Positions 42,426 to 51,397 of a stretch of 64,000 nt of DNA are shown here, in pieces. The notes below the pieces were generated by a model. It made no database searches. It was not told the DNA's origin and worked only from the letters and a program-made list of their open reading frames with translations. The translations under genes and the position numbers were made by a program. This DNA is from an uncultured Ruminococcus sp. (lineage in GTDB: Bacteria > Bacillota > Clostridia > Oscillospirales > Ruminococcaceae), in the NCBI GenBank assembly GCA_902762785.1, contig CACWPL010000015.1:3478-67477 (forward strand). The letters run 5' to 3'. Position 1 is the first letter of the stretch. Each line of letters opens with the position of its first letter.

Positions 42426-42454
42426 TTGCATTCTCTCGGAAGATATGCTATAAT
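42426..42454 (+). promoter_or_regulatory. Strong promoter 500 bp upstream of transketolase
   Basis: TTGCAT (42426-42431), 17 nt, TGc-TATAAT (42449-42454). Confidence 0.75.
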
Positions 42455-42610
42455 AGAGAAGGTGCCCCTGTGGGAACGGAGCCGCTGACATTGAGGTTGA
42501 CCCGCGTAATGCGCACTTTGCGTCGACAAACGGTGTCCGCGATGACAAAGCTGCGGCGGCTGGCCGCAGTCCCGTCGATGCAGCGGCAGGTCACCCTGCC
42601 GGAGGGGCCG

Positions 42611-42902
42611 ATGATCGCAGAGACCGCGTATTTCCAGATCGGTCAGCTCACGGCCAAGCTCGGCGGCGGCCTATGTCATCTACCACTTCCGCACCTCGCC
42701 CCTTTTAGAGGAGGTCATCCGCGGCGGAGACACGGCGTCGTTCGCGCTCATGCTGCACAGCGAGGTCCAGCTTCCCCGCGAGACGGTCGAGCGGCTGCGC
42801 GCGATCAGTGCGGAGGCCAAGTGCAATGCTGCGAGCGCGATGCTCCTCGACGACCGACAGACGCATCTCGGCACAGATCCGCCGGGATGCCTGCGTCTCT
42901 AG
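42611..42902 (+). pseudogene. Frame-disrupted small ORF (about 97 codons if repaired), possible HTH protein
   Basis: ATG 42611 behind GGAGGGG reads MIAETAYFQIGQLTAKLGGG; coding-like sequence continues in the +1 frame (AAYVIYHFRTSPLLEEVIRGGDTASFALMLHSEVQLPRETVERLRAISAEAK...*); switch at the cggcggcggcc run, about 42661-42672. Confidence 0.45.
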
Positions 42903-42959
42903 GATCATGCCATCAGGACGCCGTGTGGCGTCTTTAGATAGATCAATGGAGGTATTCTC

Positions 42960-43802
42960 ATGGACGAAACTATCAAGAAGCAGCTTCAGAAAACGGCTGT
43001 CCACATCCGCATGGGCGTGCTGACGGGCACGTTCCACGCCAAGTCCGGGCATCCGGGCGGATCGCTCTCCATCGCCGATCTGCTCGCATACCTGTACTTC
43101 GCCAAGATGCACGTCGATCCGAAGGCGCCTGATATGGACGACCGCGACCGTCTCGTGCTCTCGAAGGGCCACACGGCACCGGCACTCTATGCAGCGCTCG
43201 CGGAGCGGGGCTTCTTCGATAAGAAGGAGCTCGAGAGTCTGCGCCACATCGGCGCGCTGCTCCAGGGCCACCCCTGCATCCACATCCCGGGCGTGGACAT
43301 GTCCTCCGGATCGCTCGGCCAGGGCATCTCGGCCGCCTGCGGCATGGCGCTCGCCGGCAAGCTCGACAGCAAGCCCTATCACGTCTACACCATCCTCGGC
43401 GATGGCGAGATCGAGGAGGGCCAGGTCTGGGAGGCAGCGATGTTCGCGGCCCACTACGGCCTCGATAACCTGACCGCGATCGTGGACAACAACGGTCTCC
43501 AGATCGACGGCAGGATCACGGAGGTCTGCTCCCCGGAGCCGATCGACGAGAAGTTCCGCGCGTTCGGCTGGTATGTGATCGTCCTCGAGGATGCGCACGA
43601 CTTCGACCAGATCGACGCCGCCTTCCGCGAGGCGGAGAGCGTGACCGGGCAGCCCGTCGCCATCATCCAGAAGAGCATTAAGGGCAAGGGCGTGTCCTTC
43701 ATGGAGGACCAGGTCGGCTGGCACGGGACCGCGCCGAACGCGGAGCAGTATGAGCAGGGCATGAACGAGCTGCGCGCAGCTCTGGCACAATTGGAGGCGT
43801 AA
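42960..43802 (+). CDS. tkt: Transketolase, N-terminal (TPP-binding) subunit
   Basis: 280 aa; GHPGGSLS, GDGEIEEGQVWEA TPP motif. Confidence 0.95.
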   Translation: MDETIKKQLQKTAVHIRMGVLTGTFHAKSGHPGGSLSIADLLAYLYFAKMHVDPKAPDMDDRDRLVLSKGHTAPALYAALAERGFFDKKELESLRHIGALLQGHPCIHIPGVDMSSGSLGQGISAACGMALAGKLDSKPYHVYTILGDGEIEEGQVWEAAMFAAHYGLDNLTAIVDNNGLQIDGRITEVCSPEPIDEKFRAFGWYVIVLEDAHDFDQIDAAFREAESVTGQPVAIIQKSIKGKGVSFMEDQVGWHGTAPNAEQYEQGMNELRAALAQLEA

Positions 43803-43804
43803 CG

Positions 43805-44749
43805 ATGGCAGATGTAAAGAAGAAGGCGACACGCGAGAGCTACGGCGAGGCGCTGACCGCGCTGGCCGAGAAGTATCCGGAGCTGGTCGTGCTCGATGCC
43901 GACCTGGCCGCCGCCACCAAGACGGGCATCTTCAAAAAGGCCTATCCTGACCGCTTTTTCGATTGCGGTATCGCTGAGGCGAACATGATGGGCGTCGCCG
44001 CCGGCCTGGCGGCATCCGGCAAGATCCCGTTCGCGTCCACGTTCGCGATGTTCGCAGCGGGACGTGCCTATGAGATCGTACGCAATTCCATCGGCTATCC
44101 CGGTCTGAACGTGAAGATCGGTGCGACGCACGCCGGCATCTCTGTCGGTGAGGACGGCGCGACCCACCAGTGCAACGAGGACATCGCCCTGATGCGTACC
44201 ATCCCGGGCATGACGGTCATCGTTCCTGCGGACGATACCGAGGCGCGTGCGGCAGTCGAGGCCGCGATCCAGCACCAGGGGCCGGTCTACATGCGATTTG
44301 GCCGACTGGCAGCCCCGATCCTGAACGATCCTGCGACCTACAAGTTCGAGCTCGGCAAGGGCATCACGCTCCGTGACGGCAAGGACATCACGATCGTGGC
44401 CACGGGCCTGATGGTCGCTGAGGCAGTTGCTGCTGCCGAGACCCTCGCATCCGAGGGCATCGACGCGCGCGTCATCAACATCCACACGATCAAGCCGCTC
44501 GACGACGAGCTGATCCTCAAGGCCGCCAAGGAGACCGGCCGCATCGTGACGGTCGAGGAGCACAGCGTCATCGGCGGTCTGGGCAGCGCTGTTGCGGACT
44601 GCGTGACGGCTGGGTGCCCTGTTCCGGTCACGAAGATCGGTGTGAACGACGTGTTCGGCCATTCCGGCCCGGCTGTCGACCTCCTCAAGGAGTTCGGCCT
44701 GTCCGCGGAGAACATCGTCGCGACCGTCAAGCGCGTGCTCGGCAAGTAA
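43805..44749 (+). CDS. tkt: Transketolase, C-terminal (pyrimidine-binding) subunit
   Basis: 314 aa; DCGIAEANMMG, GATHQCNEDIA. Confidence 0.95.
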   Translation: MADVKKKATRESYGEALTALAEKYPELVVLDADLAAATKTGIFKKAYPDRFFDCGIAEANMMGVAAGLAASGKIPFASTFAMFAAGRAYEIVRNSIGYPGLNVKIGATHAGISVGEDGATHQCNEDIALMRTIPGMTVIVPADDTEARAAVEAAIQHQGPVYMRFGRLAAPILNDPATYKFELGKGITLRDGKDITIVATGLMVAEAVAAAETLASEGIDARVINIHTIKPLDDELILKAAKETGRIVTVEEHSVIGGLGSAVADCVTAGCPVPVTKIGVNDVFGHSGPAVDLLKEFGLSAENIVATVKRVLGK

Positions 44750-44761
44750 ACTGATACGATA

Positions 44762-44801
44762 GAACGACGCCACTGTGCATCTGCGCAGCGGCGTTCTTTT
44801 T
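44762..44801 (+). terminator. Terminator after transketolase
   Basis: Imperfect stem GAACGACGCCACTG...CAGCGGCGTTC followed by TTTTT. Confidence 0.7.
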
Positions 44802-44844
44802 AACGCATATTCGCCGAATAAGATGATCTATGACATGACAAAGA

Positions 44845-44874
44845 AACGCCCCGGAGCGAAAGCTCCGGGGCGTT
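44845..44874 (-). terminator. Terminator after the GH48 gene
   Basis: Perfect 13-bp stem AACGCCCCGGAGC-gaaa-GCTCCGGGGCGTT; T-rich tract on the minus strand. Confidence 0.8.
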
Positions 44875-44886
44875 GGTCATTGCGTG

Positions 44887-47463
44887 TTAGGAGTTCTTAA
44901 CAGGCAGCTCAACGAGCTTAACGACCTTCTTCAGGATGTTCAGAGCATCGGTGGTGTCGATCTCGTTGTTGATATCAACATCAGCGTTGATCTTGCCCTG
45001 GGCGCTCAGCGTGGTAGCGCCGAGGATCGCCTTGTTGATGGCGATAACGTCCATGATGTCAACGTCGCCGTCAACATCGCAGTCGCCGTACAGAACATCG
45101 CCTACAGGCGGCTGAGCCTCAGAATCGGTCGGGGTCAGATCCGGATAGAGCTCTGCGAAGGTACCCAGAGACATCAGGATATCGCCAGCGTGCCAGAATC
45201 TGTGATACTTCAGCGGTACATCGCCAACGTGCGTGAACTTCGCGAGCTGAGCCTTGCCCTCGTCGCTGGAAGCAGAGGCCTTGCCCTCCCACTTCGCGCC
45301 GGCAGCAACGTCGAGGTCATAAGCCTCCTTCAGCTCTGCTACGAGGTCGATGGCCTCCTGAGAGGTCTTCGCGCCCTTGCACTTAGAAGCGTCGGTGTAC
45401 ATGCTGCGGATGTCGAGGAAGGTGATGCCGTTCTTGATCACGTCGCCGTTCGGCATGGTGCCGTTGTAATCCATCGGGATCCATACAGGCTGCGAGAAGA
45501 AACGTGCGAGAGAACCGTTGTGATCCTCACGGGTCAGACCGATGTTGTCGCGGCCGATGGACCACTCTCGGTCAACGAGCTGCTGAGCGAGGTACAGACC
45601 AGCTGCCGGCAGAGCCGTGTCGCCAGAGGTCTTGTAAACGGTGGTGCCGACCTTGGATACACCGTCGATGCCGCCAGCGTAGGAAGCACCTACAGCGGTC
45701 TCGTCGAGGGAAGCGATGTCAGCAGCCTTGACGCCCTTCGCCTTCGCATAGTAGGTCAGGGTGTTCGCCAGGGAGGATACGCAGCCGAAGTCGGTGTTGC
45801 CATAGCCGGTGATGGTGCAGGTCAGGCCGGTGTTTGCGGACTGAGAGCCGCCCCACTTGTCAGGCTGGCCGCTCCAATCGAGGTTGGACGGGATGTAGAA
45901 GTCGCCATCGGTGGTCAGAACGGAGTTGTTCACGAACCAAGCTACCCACTTGTCGAGGATCTTCTCGAGAGCTGCCTCGAGGGAAACGCCGCCAGGCGTT
46001 ACGCCGCCGTCCTCACCGGAGGTCTTTACCCAGTAGTACAGCTCAGACAGACGCTGAACAGCCCATACCTGGTTACCGATCCAGTGGTTGGAACCCGGGT
46101 CAGCATATACCGGGTGCTCGATGTACATCATGCCGTTGAACGTAGAAACGCCAGACGGATATGCCTCGTAACGACCCTTGTAGCTGTTGGTAGCACCGCC
46201 GGCGATCGGGCCGTCAGCGGACTGCAGCCACTGATAGAACTCTACCTGAGTCTGGAGAGACTTCTTGTAGTCGTCCAGAGCGCCCTGTGCCTTCATGCCG
46301 TCCTTCAGACCAGAAGCGGTCAGCAGGCCGTAAGCAGCGAGCGGGTTCTGATAGAACTCGTGAGCGTGAGAGCAGCCGATCTGCCATACCCAGCTATCAA
46401 CGAGCGCGCCGCCCCAAGAGGTGTACCAGTTTCTCAGGAAGTGAGCGGACTTGTAGCCAGCGTTGCCGTTGGCCCAAGTGGTGTTCTCGGAGATCTCCTG
46501 ATAGTACTTATCGAAGAAGTTGTTACGGAGCTCATCACCCATCTTCGCAGCGTTCGCAGTAACAGTCGGATCTGCAACGCCCCACTGGATGGAGTCGAAT
46601 ACGCCCTGGATCGCACGGTCCTCAGCGTCAGGTGCGTTGGTGTAAGCGTACTGCTTTGCTACCTGAGCGTCGGTGTTGAAGATACCCTTCATACCACGGG
46701 TGCCTTCCATACCGTACTTCAGCTCCTCAACACAGGGATGCGGAACAGTCTCCCAGCAGGACTCGTTCTCACCACGCTGGAAGGTATTGATGAAGGTGAA
46801 GTCCGTGCCGGTGCCGTAGCCGTACCAGTTCTCAACGTCAGCGAGCCAGTGCATGAGGTACAGGCCCTTGTCGCCGGAGTATACGGTGAAGTAGTCGTGG
46901 ATCGGGTTCACAGCGGTCTTGTTGGGCTCAGAAGCGTACTTGGTAGCGCACTCCTCCGGCCAGTCGTACTCGCCGCAGTACTGCGCAGATACAGAGCCGC
47001 TCATGAAGTTCGGCTGTACGCTCGGGATCATGTTCTCCATGGTCTTCCAAGCCTTGGCGAGGTCGCCGGTGTACTCGGGCTTCTTGGTGGTGCACAGATC
47101 AGCGTGGTTCTTGGCGATGTTGTCGCGCATCGCAGCTACCCATACCAGGTAGGACATCGCCTCGGACGTGGTCTCATGACCGTAGTCAGGAGCCTCGATG
47201 ATGACCTCCTCGACAGCGTGGAACGGGATGCCGAAGGAGTCGCTGCTAGAGCCGTTCTGAGACATGTAGCCGTTGTCGACACCATGGGTCATAACGTCAT
47301 CATACAGCGACAGGAAGCGCTCTGCATAGGTGGAGTCACCGAAAGCCTCTTCCTTGGTGCGGGTCCCTGCTGCGGAAGCAGAGATCGTTGCTACCATTGC
47401 ATTCGCAGCCATCGCAGCGGATAGCACAGCAGCAATGACAGCCTTGCTCTTCTTGAAATGCAT
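44887..47463 (-). CDS. Glycoside hydrolase family 48 exoglucanase (cellobiohydrolase) with C-terminal dockerin
   Basis: Signal peptide MHFKKSKAVIAAVLSAAMAANA...; GH48 signature FHAVEEVIIEAPDYGHETTSEAMSYLVW; start ATG 47463 behind GAGGGG (track ORF begins 47685). Confidence 0.92.
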   Translation of the reverse strand: MHFKKSKAVIAAVLSAAMAANAMVATISASAAGTRTKEEAFGDSTYAERFLSLYDDVMTHGVDNGYMSQNGSSSDSFGIPFHAVEEVIIEAPDYGHETTSEAMSYLVWVAAMRDNIAKNHADLCTTKKPEYTGDLAKAWKTMENMIPSVQPNFMSGSVSAQYCGEYDWPEECATKYASEPNKTAVNPIHDYFTVYSGDKGLYLMHWLADVENWYGYGTGTDFTFINTFQRGENESCWETVPHPCVEELKYGMEGTRGMKGIFNTDAQVAKQYAYTNAPDAEDRAIQGVFDSIQWGVADPTVTANAAKMGDELRNNFFDKYYQEISENTTWANGNAGYKSAHFLRNWYTSWGGALVDSWVWQIGCSHAHEFYQNPLAAYGLLTASGLKDGMKAQGALDDYKKSLQTQVEFYQWLQSADGPIAGGATNSYKGRYEAYPSGVSTFNGMMYIEHPVYADPGSNHWIGNQVWAVQRLSELYYWVKTSGEDGGVTPGGVSLEAALEKILDKWVAWFVNNSVLTTDGDFYIPSNLDWSGQPDKWGGSQSANTGLTCTITGYGNTDFGCVSSLANTLTYYAKAKGVKAADIASLDETAVGASYAGGIDGVSKVGTTVYKTSGDTALPAAGLYLAQQLVDREWSIGRDNIGLTREDHNGSLARFFSQPVWIPMDYNGTMPNGDVIKNGITFLDIRSMYTDASKCKGAKTSQEAIDLVAELKEAYDLDVAAGAKWEGKASASSDEGKAQLAKFTHVGDVPLKYHRFWHAGDILMSLGTFAELYPDLTPTDSEAQPPVGDVLYGDCDVDGDVDIMDVIAINKAILGATTLSAQGKINADVDINNEIDTTDALNILKKVVKLVELPVKNS
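44890..45102 (-). other. Type I dockerin module of the GH48 enzyme
   Basis: Duplicated Ca-binding segments DCDVDGDVDIMDVIAINKAILG and ADVDINNEIDTTDALNILKKVV. Confidence 0.88.
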
Positions 47464-47599
47464 TGTGATTTCCCCTCTCGTTAAAAATTTTGCGTTTGCA
47501 GGGCAGATGCCTCTGCAATTTTTACGGATCTGAAATCCCCCTCGTCCGCGGCGGCCAGCAGCGCACAGGTCACAGCGATACCAGGGTTTTTCACAATTT

Positions 47600-47628
47600 A
47601 TTATAACCAATTCTGCGATCCTTGTCAA
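47600..47628 (-). promoter_or_regulatory. Consensus promoter for the GH48 gene (leader about 130 nt)
   Basis: Minus-strand exact TTGACA (47623-47628), 17 nt, exact TATAAT (47600-47605). Confidence 0.8.
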
Positions 47629-48081
47629 GGGTTTGTACAAAGACTCGCCGCCTCTCCCGCCTTTTTCGGCATCATGTCTATACATCGAAGCTCAGATCTG
47701 TGCATTTTCACATCTCTGACACACAACAAATACACGAAATGTTCATCATTTTGCATCATATCTGCTATATTATTTCTCTGTTTTTTCAAAATTATTAGTA
47801 CGTTTTCATCTGCCGTACACATTTATAGGGTAAGCTGTTTGAGGCGGGGCAGGCGACGGCACGGTCCACATCGCCGCTTTTCCGCTCGGATGCCACTGGC
47901 TTTCATGGTATATCCACTAAATGTACATATCATGTTCATAAATATATGCGATAATAAAATGTGTGTCTGTACGGCAGGGGAACACCTGCGGACAGGCCCT
48001 CCATCCGTGACCGTCGGACGGTGCAGCGCCGTCCTTATCTAACGCAGCGCGCCCATTTATATAATGAAAGGGGCCATACCT

Positions 48082-49089
48082 ATGGTCGAGATCAAGAACT
48101 TGACGAAGCATTACGGACGAAATGCTGCCGTCAAGGGCATCAGCTTCGAGATTCGTGACAACGAGATCTTGGGATTCCTCGGGCCGAACGGCGCCGGGAA
48201 GTCCACCACCATGAACATCATCGCAGGCTACCTGCCCTCCACGAGCGGCAGCGTCACTGTCTGCGGACACGACATCACCGAGGACGCGATCGAGGCGAAG
48301 AAGTGCATCGGCTATCTTCCCGAGATCCCGCCCGTTTACCCGGACATGCGCGTCGAGGAGTACCTCAAGTTCTGCGCCGGCATCAAGGGCGTGGCACGCG
48401 CGGATGTGATGCCGCAGGTCGAGCGCGCGATGGAGCGCCTGCGCATCACCGACATGCGCCGCCGCCTCATCCGCAACCTCTCGAAGGGCTATAAGCAGCG
48501 TGTCGGCTTCGCACAGGCACTTCTGGGCAGTCCGAAGGTGCTGATCCTGGACGAGCCGACCGTCGGCCTCGACCCCGCGCAGGTGTCCGAGGTGCGCCAG
48601 CTCATCCTGGACCTGAAGAAGGACCATTCGATCATCTTCAGCTCGCACATCCTCGCAGAGGTCAGCGCGGTCTGTGAGCGCGTCGTCATCATCAACAAGG
48701 GCGAGATCCTCGCGGAGGACACCATCGCCCACCTCGAGGAGAGCATGACCGCGAGCACCCTCCTCAACATGACCCTGGACGGCGAGCGTGACCAGATCAT
48801 CCGCCTCCTCAAGGACGTCGAGGGCGTCAAGGACGTGCGCGATGTCAAGGAGATCGCGGCCGGCCGCTGGACGCTGGCGGCAGAGCTGGAGAACGAGCGC
48901 GTGCGCGACGAGATCATGCAGGTGCTGATCGCCAACAAGGTCGGCATCGTGGAGATGTCGATGGCGAAGCTGAGCCTCGAGCAGGTCTTCCTCAAGGTGA
49001 CCGAGCAGGCCGGCAAGCGCCGCTCGAGCCTCCAGGATCTGCTCGACGAGACGCCCGATACGCCCGCAAACCCCTACGACGCAGAATGA
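48082..49089 (+). CDS. ABC transporter ATP-binding protein (ABC-2 type)
   Basis: Walker A GPNGAGKST, signature LSKGYKQR, Walker B ILDEP; ATG 48082 behind AAAGGGG. Confidence 0.93.
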   Translation: MVEIKNLTKHYGRNAAVKGISFEIRDNEILGFLGPNGAGKSTTMNIIAGYLPSTSGSVTVCGHDITEDAIEAKKCIGYLPEIPPVYPDMRVEEYLKFCAGIKGVARADVMPQVERAMERLRITDMRRRLIRNLSKGYKQRVGFAQALLGSPKVLILDEPTVGLDPAQVSEVRQLILDLKKDHSIIFSSHILAEVSAVCERVVIINKGEILAEDTIAHLEESMTASTLLNMTLDGERDQIIRLLKDVEGVKDVRDVKEIAAGRWTLAAELENERVRDEIMQVLIANKVGIVEMSMAKLSLEQVFLKVTEQAGKRRSSLQDLLDETPDTPANPYDAE

Positions 49090-49102
49090 GAGGAGGCCGA
49101 CC

Positions 49103-49837
49103 ATGTTCGCACTATATAAAAAGGAGCTCCAGTCGTTCTTCTTCTCGCCTTTCGCGTATGTACTGGCATCGCTCTTCATGTTCATCTTTTCGGTGAGCTT
49201 CGTGACGGCCATCGCGGACGTCTCGAGCAACACCCTGCGCTTTACCTTTTCTAATATCTTCTATAATAACTTCTTCTATTTCATCTTCATCATCCCGATC
49301 CTGACCATGCGTTCCTTCGCGGACGAGCGGCGCGGCGGCACGGAGGTGCTGCTGTTCTCGAGCCCGCTGTCGGTCCCGAAGATCGTGCTGGCGAAGTTCC
49401 TCTCGATCGTGACGGTCTACTTCTTCATGATGCTGACCACGTTCTTCTTCCCGCTCTATGCGGTGCTGACGGGCGGTCAGGTGATGTGGTCGTCGCTGGC
49501 CTGCGCGTATCTGGGCTTCTTCCTTTGGGGCTTGGTCTGCATCGCGGTCGGCATGCTCCTCTCCTCGCTGACGGGCAACGCGATCATCGCGGCCATCATC
49601 GGCGAGATCATCATGGAGGGCCTGCTCTTCCTGGACACCTTCGCAGGCAGTAAGCTCGTCGCGGCCTACCCGCGGCTCAATTCCATCGTGACGTGGTTCT
49701 CGATGCAGCGCCGGTTCATCTTCTTCTCGGAGGGCATGTTCCGGCTCGAGGATCTGGTATTTTTCCTGACGCTGACGGCTGTGGTGCTCTGCTGGAACAT
49801 CATCTCCATCGAGAAGCGCCGCTGGAGCCATAGCTAA
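49103..49837 (+). CDS. ABC-2 family permease (GldF-like)
   Basis: 244-aa six-TM protein directly after the ATPase. Confidence 0.85.
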   Translation: MFALYKKELQSFFFSPFAYVLASLFMFIFSVSFVTAIADVSSNTLRFTFSNIFYNNFFYFIFIIPILTMRSFADERRGGTEVLLFSSPLSVPKIVLAKFLSIVTVYFFMMLTTFFFPLYAVLTGGQVMWSSLACAYLGFFLWGLVCIAVGMLLSSLTGNAIIAAIIGEIIMEGLLFLDTFAGSKLVAAYPRLNSIVTWFSMQRRFIFFSEGMFRLEDLVFFLTLTAVVLCWNIISIEKRRWSHS

Positions 49838-49849
49838 GGAGGATTCGAC

Positions 49850-51397
49850 ATGGCAAAGACACCTGAGAAGGCCAAAAAGGCCCAAACGCCCAAGAGCACG
49901 CAGAGCAAGAAGCGCAGCTTCTCGGCCTATGCCGCGATCCTCGCCGCGCTGGTGCTGGCGGTCGCGATCGTGCTCGACCTGATGGCGAGCCGTTTGAACG
50001 TCGTGTGGGACATGACCCCCTCGCGGCTCTATGAGCTCTCCGATACCACCAAGAGCTACCTCCAGTCGCTCGACAAGAAGGTGGAGATCTACTTCCTGAT
50101 CGACATGGACGTCCTCTCGACGGACACCTCCAGCATGGCGCTCTATCATGCCATGGAGGAGTATGCGTCCTTCGACAACGTCGAGCTGATCGACTTCGAG
50201 CCGGACGACGACCCGGAGACGACCAAGAAGCTCCAGAGCGAGGGCTACTCCCTCTCGCGCGGCGACATCGTCGTGTCCTGTGAGGGACGCACGAAGCATG
50301 TGCCAGGCCGCGTGATGTACGAGAACAAGTACGAGACCGACGAGGCCGGCAACACGACACAGTACGCCGCCTACTTCGCCGGCGAGAACTACATCACCGG
50401 CGCGATCGACGCCGTCGTCAGCGGCCGCGACACCGTGATCTACTTCCTGAACGGTCACGGCGAGAAGCTGCCGGAGAACGACTACACGCGTCTGGTCACC
50501 AACCTTGCGAACCGCAACTATTCGGTCGACACGCTGACCCTCGCGACGGCGGACGCCGTCCCGGACGATGCGGCCATCGTGATCGCGGCTGCCCCGCAGT
50601 CCGACCTCTCCAATGACGAGACCCGCAAGATCAACGAATACCTCGACCGCGGCGGCAACGTTTGCTTCTGGATGTCCCCGAACGAGGCGGCCGTCCGCTA
50701 CACGAACATCGAGAGCATCCTCAGCGACCTCTCGATCGGCATGGACTACGACCGCGTGGCCGAGACGGACTCGAGCCTCCACATCAGCGGCGACCCCTAC
50801 ACCTTCAAGTGCAGCGTCGTGGCCAATGAGGATGACGAGATCGGCCTGACCAAGGAGCTCGTCGAGTACACGGACGCCGGCATCATCCCCTTCATGAGCA
50901 ACACCCGCAGCTTCTATCAGCTCGTCGGCAGCACGTCCGACAGCTCTGTGACCGTCGGCTCGATGCTCCAGACCGTCGGCACGGTCGACGCCCTCGGCGG
51001 CGACACCTCGACGGCTGTCGGCGAGATCTGCGGCGGCACGGACGCCGAGGCGAAGGACATCCAGGGGCAGGTGCTCGACCTGGCGATGTATGCCACGAGC
51101 CCCCAGCGCAGCGGCGCGAAGCTCATGGTCATGGGCAACGCGGAATTCATCGACGATGAGAACGTCGCCCAGGACTACATGATCATCCCCGTCAACATGA
51201 TGCTCGCGACGATCTCCTGGATGTACGACAGTGACCTCGACCTCGACATGGGCATCGCCGACAAGGAGCGCACCTATGACGCGCTGCTCCTCAACTCCGA
51301 GCAGGCCGCCAACCGCACGAACATCATCTTCGTCGCCGTGCCGCTCTGCGTGGCACTGGTCGGCGTGGTGGTATGGCTCAAGAGGAGGTACTCGTGA
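49850..51397 (+). CDS. GldG-like ABC-transporter auxiliary protein
   Basis: 515 aa; N- and C-terminal TM anchors with a large extracytoplasmic domain; conserved position after the ABC-2 ATPase and permease. Confidence 0.7.
   Translation: MAKTPEKAKKAQTPKSTQSKKRSFSAYAAILAALVLAVAIVLDLMASRLNVVWDMTPSRLYELSDTTKSYLQSLDKKVEIYFLIDMDVLSTDTSSMALYHAMEEYASFDNVELIDFEPDDDPETTKKLQSEGYSLSRGDIVVSCEGRTKHVPGRVMYENKYETDEAGNTTQYAAYFAGENYITGAIDAVVSGRDTVIYFLNGHGEKLPENDYTRLVTNLANRNYSVDTLTLATADAVPDDAAIVIAAAPQSDLSNDETRKINEYLDRGGNVCFWMSPNEAAVRYTNIESILSDLSIGMDYDRVAETDSSLHISGDPYTFKCSVVANEDDEIGLTKELVEYTDAGIIPFMSNTRSFYQLVGSTSDSSVTVGSMLQTVGTVDALGGDTSTAVGEICGGTDAEAKDIQGQVLDLAMYATSPQRSGAKLMVMGNAEFIDDENVAQDYMIIPVNMMLATISWMYDSDLDLDMGIADKERTYDALLLNSEQAANRTNIIFVAVPLCVALVGVVVWLKRRYS

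Noticed and set aside
42455-42610. Possible cobalamin or other riboswitch in the tkt leader (GGTGCC...GGGAAC...CCTGCC strings)
   Set aside because: There is only scattered resemblance. I could not find a B12 box or a GGTGAAAATCC-like core, and the genomic context (transketolase) does not fit. A covariance-model scan would be needed to revisit this.
42960-44749. Transketolase split into two ORFs, considered as a possible gene fission or pseudogene
   Set aside because: Two-subunit transketolase (an N-terminal TPP part plus a C-terminal Pyr part, 280 + 314 aa) is a well-known normal arrangement in many Firmicutes and archaea. Both ORFs are intact and only 2 nt apart.
47674-48042. 122-aa ORF (and the 65-aa ORF at 47625-47822 on the minus strand) in the GH48/ABC intergenic region
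   Set aside because: The ORF is AT-rich with low-complexity Cys/Phe/Ser/Ile content, has no RBS, and spans the promoter region. It is most likely non-coding.
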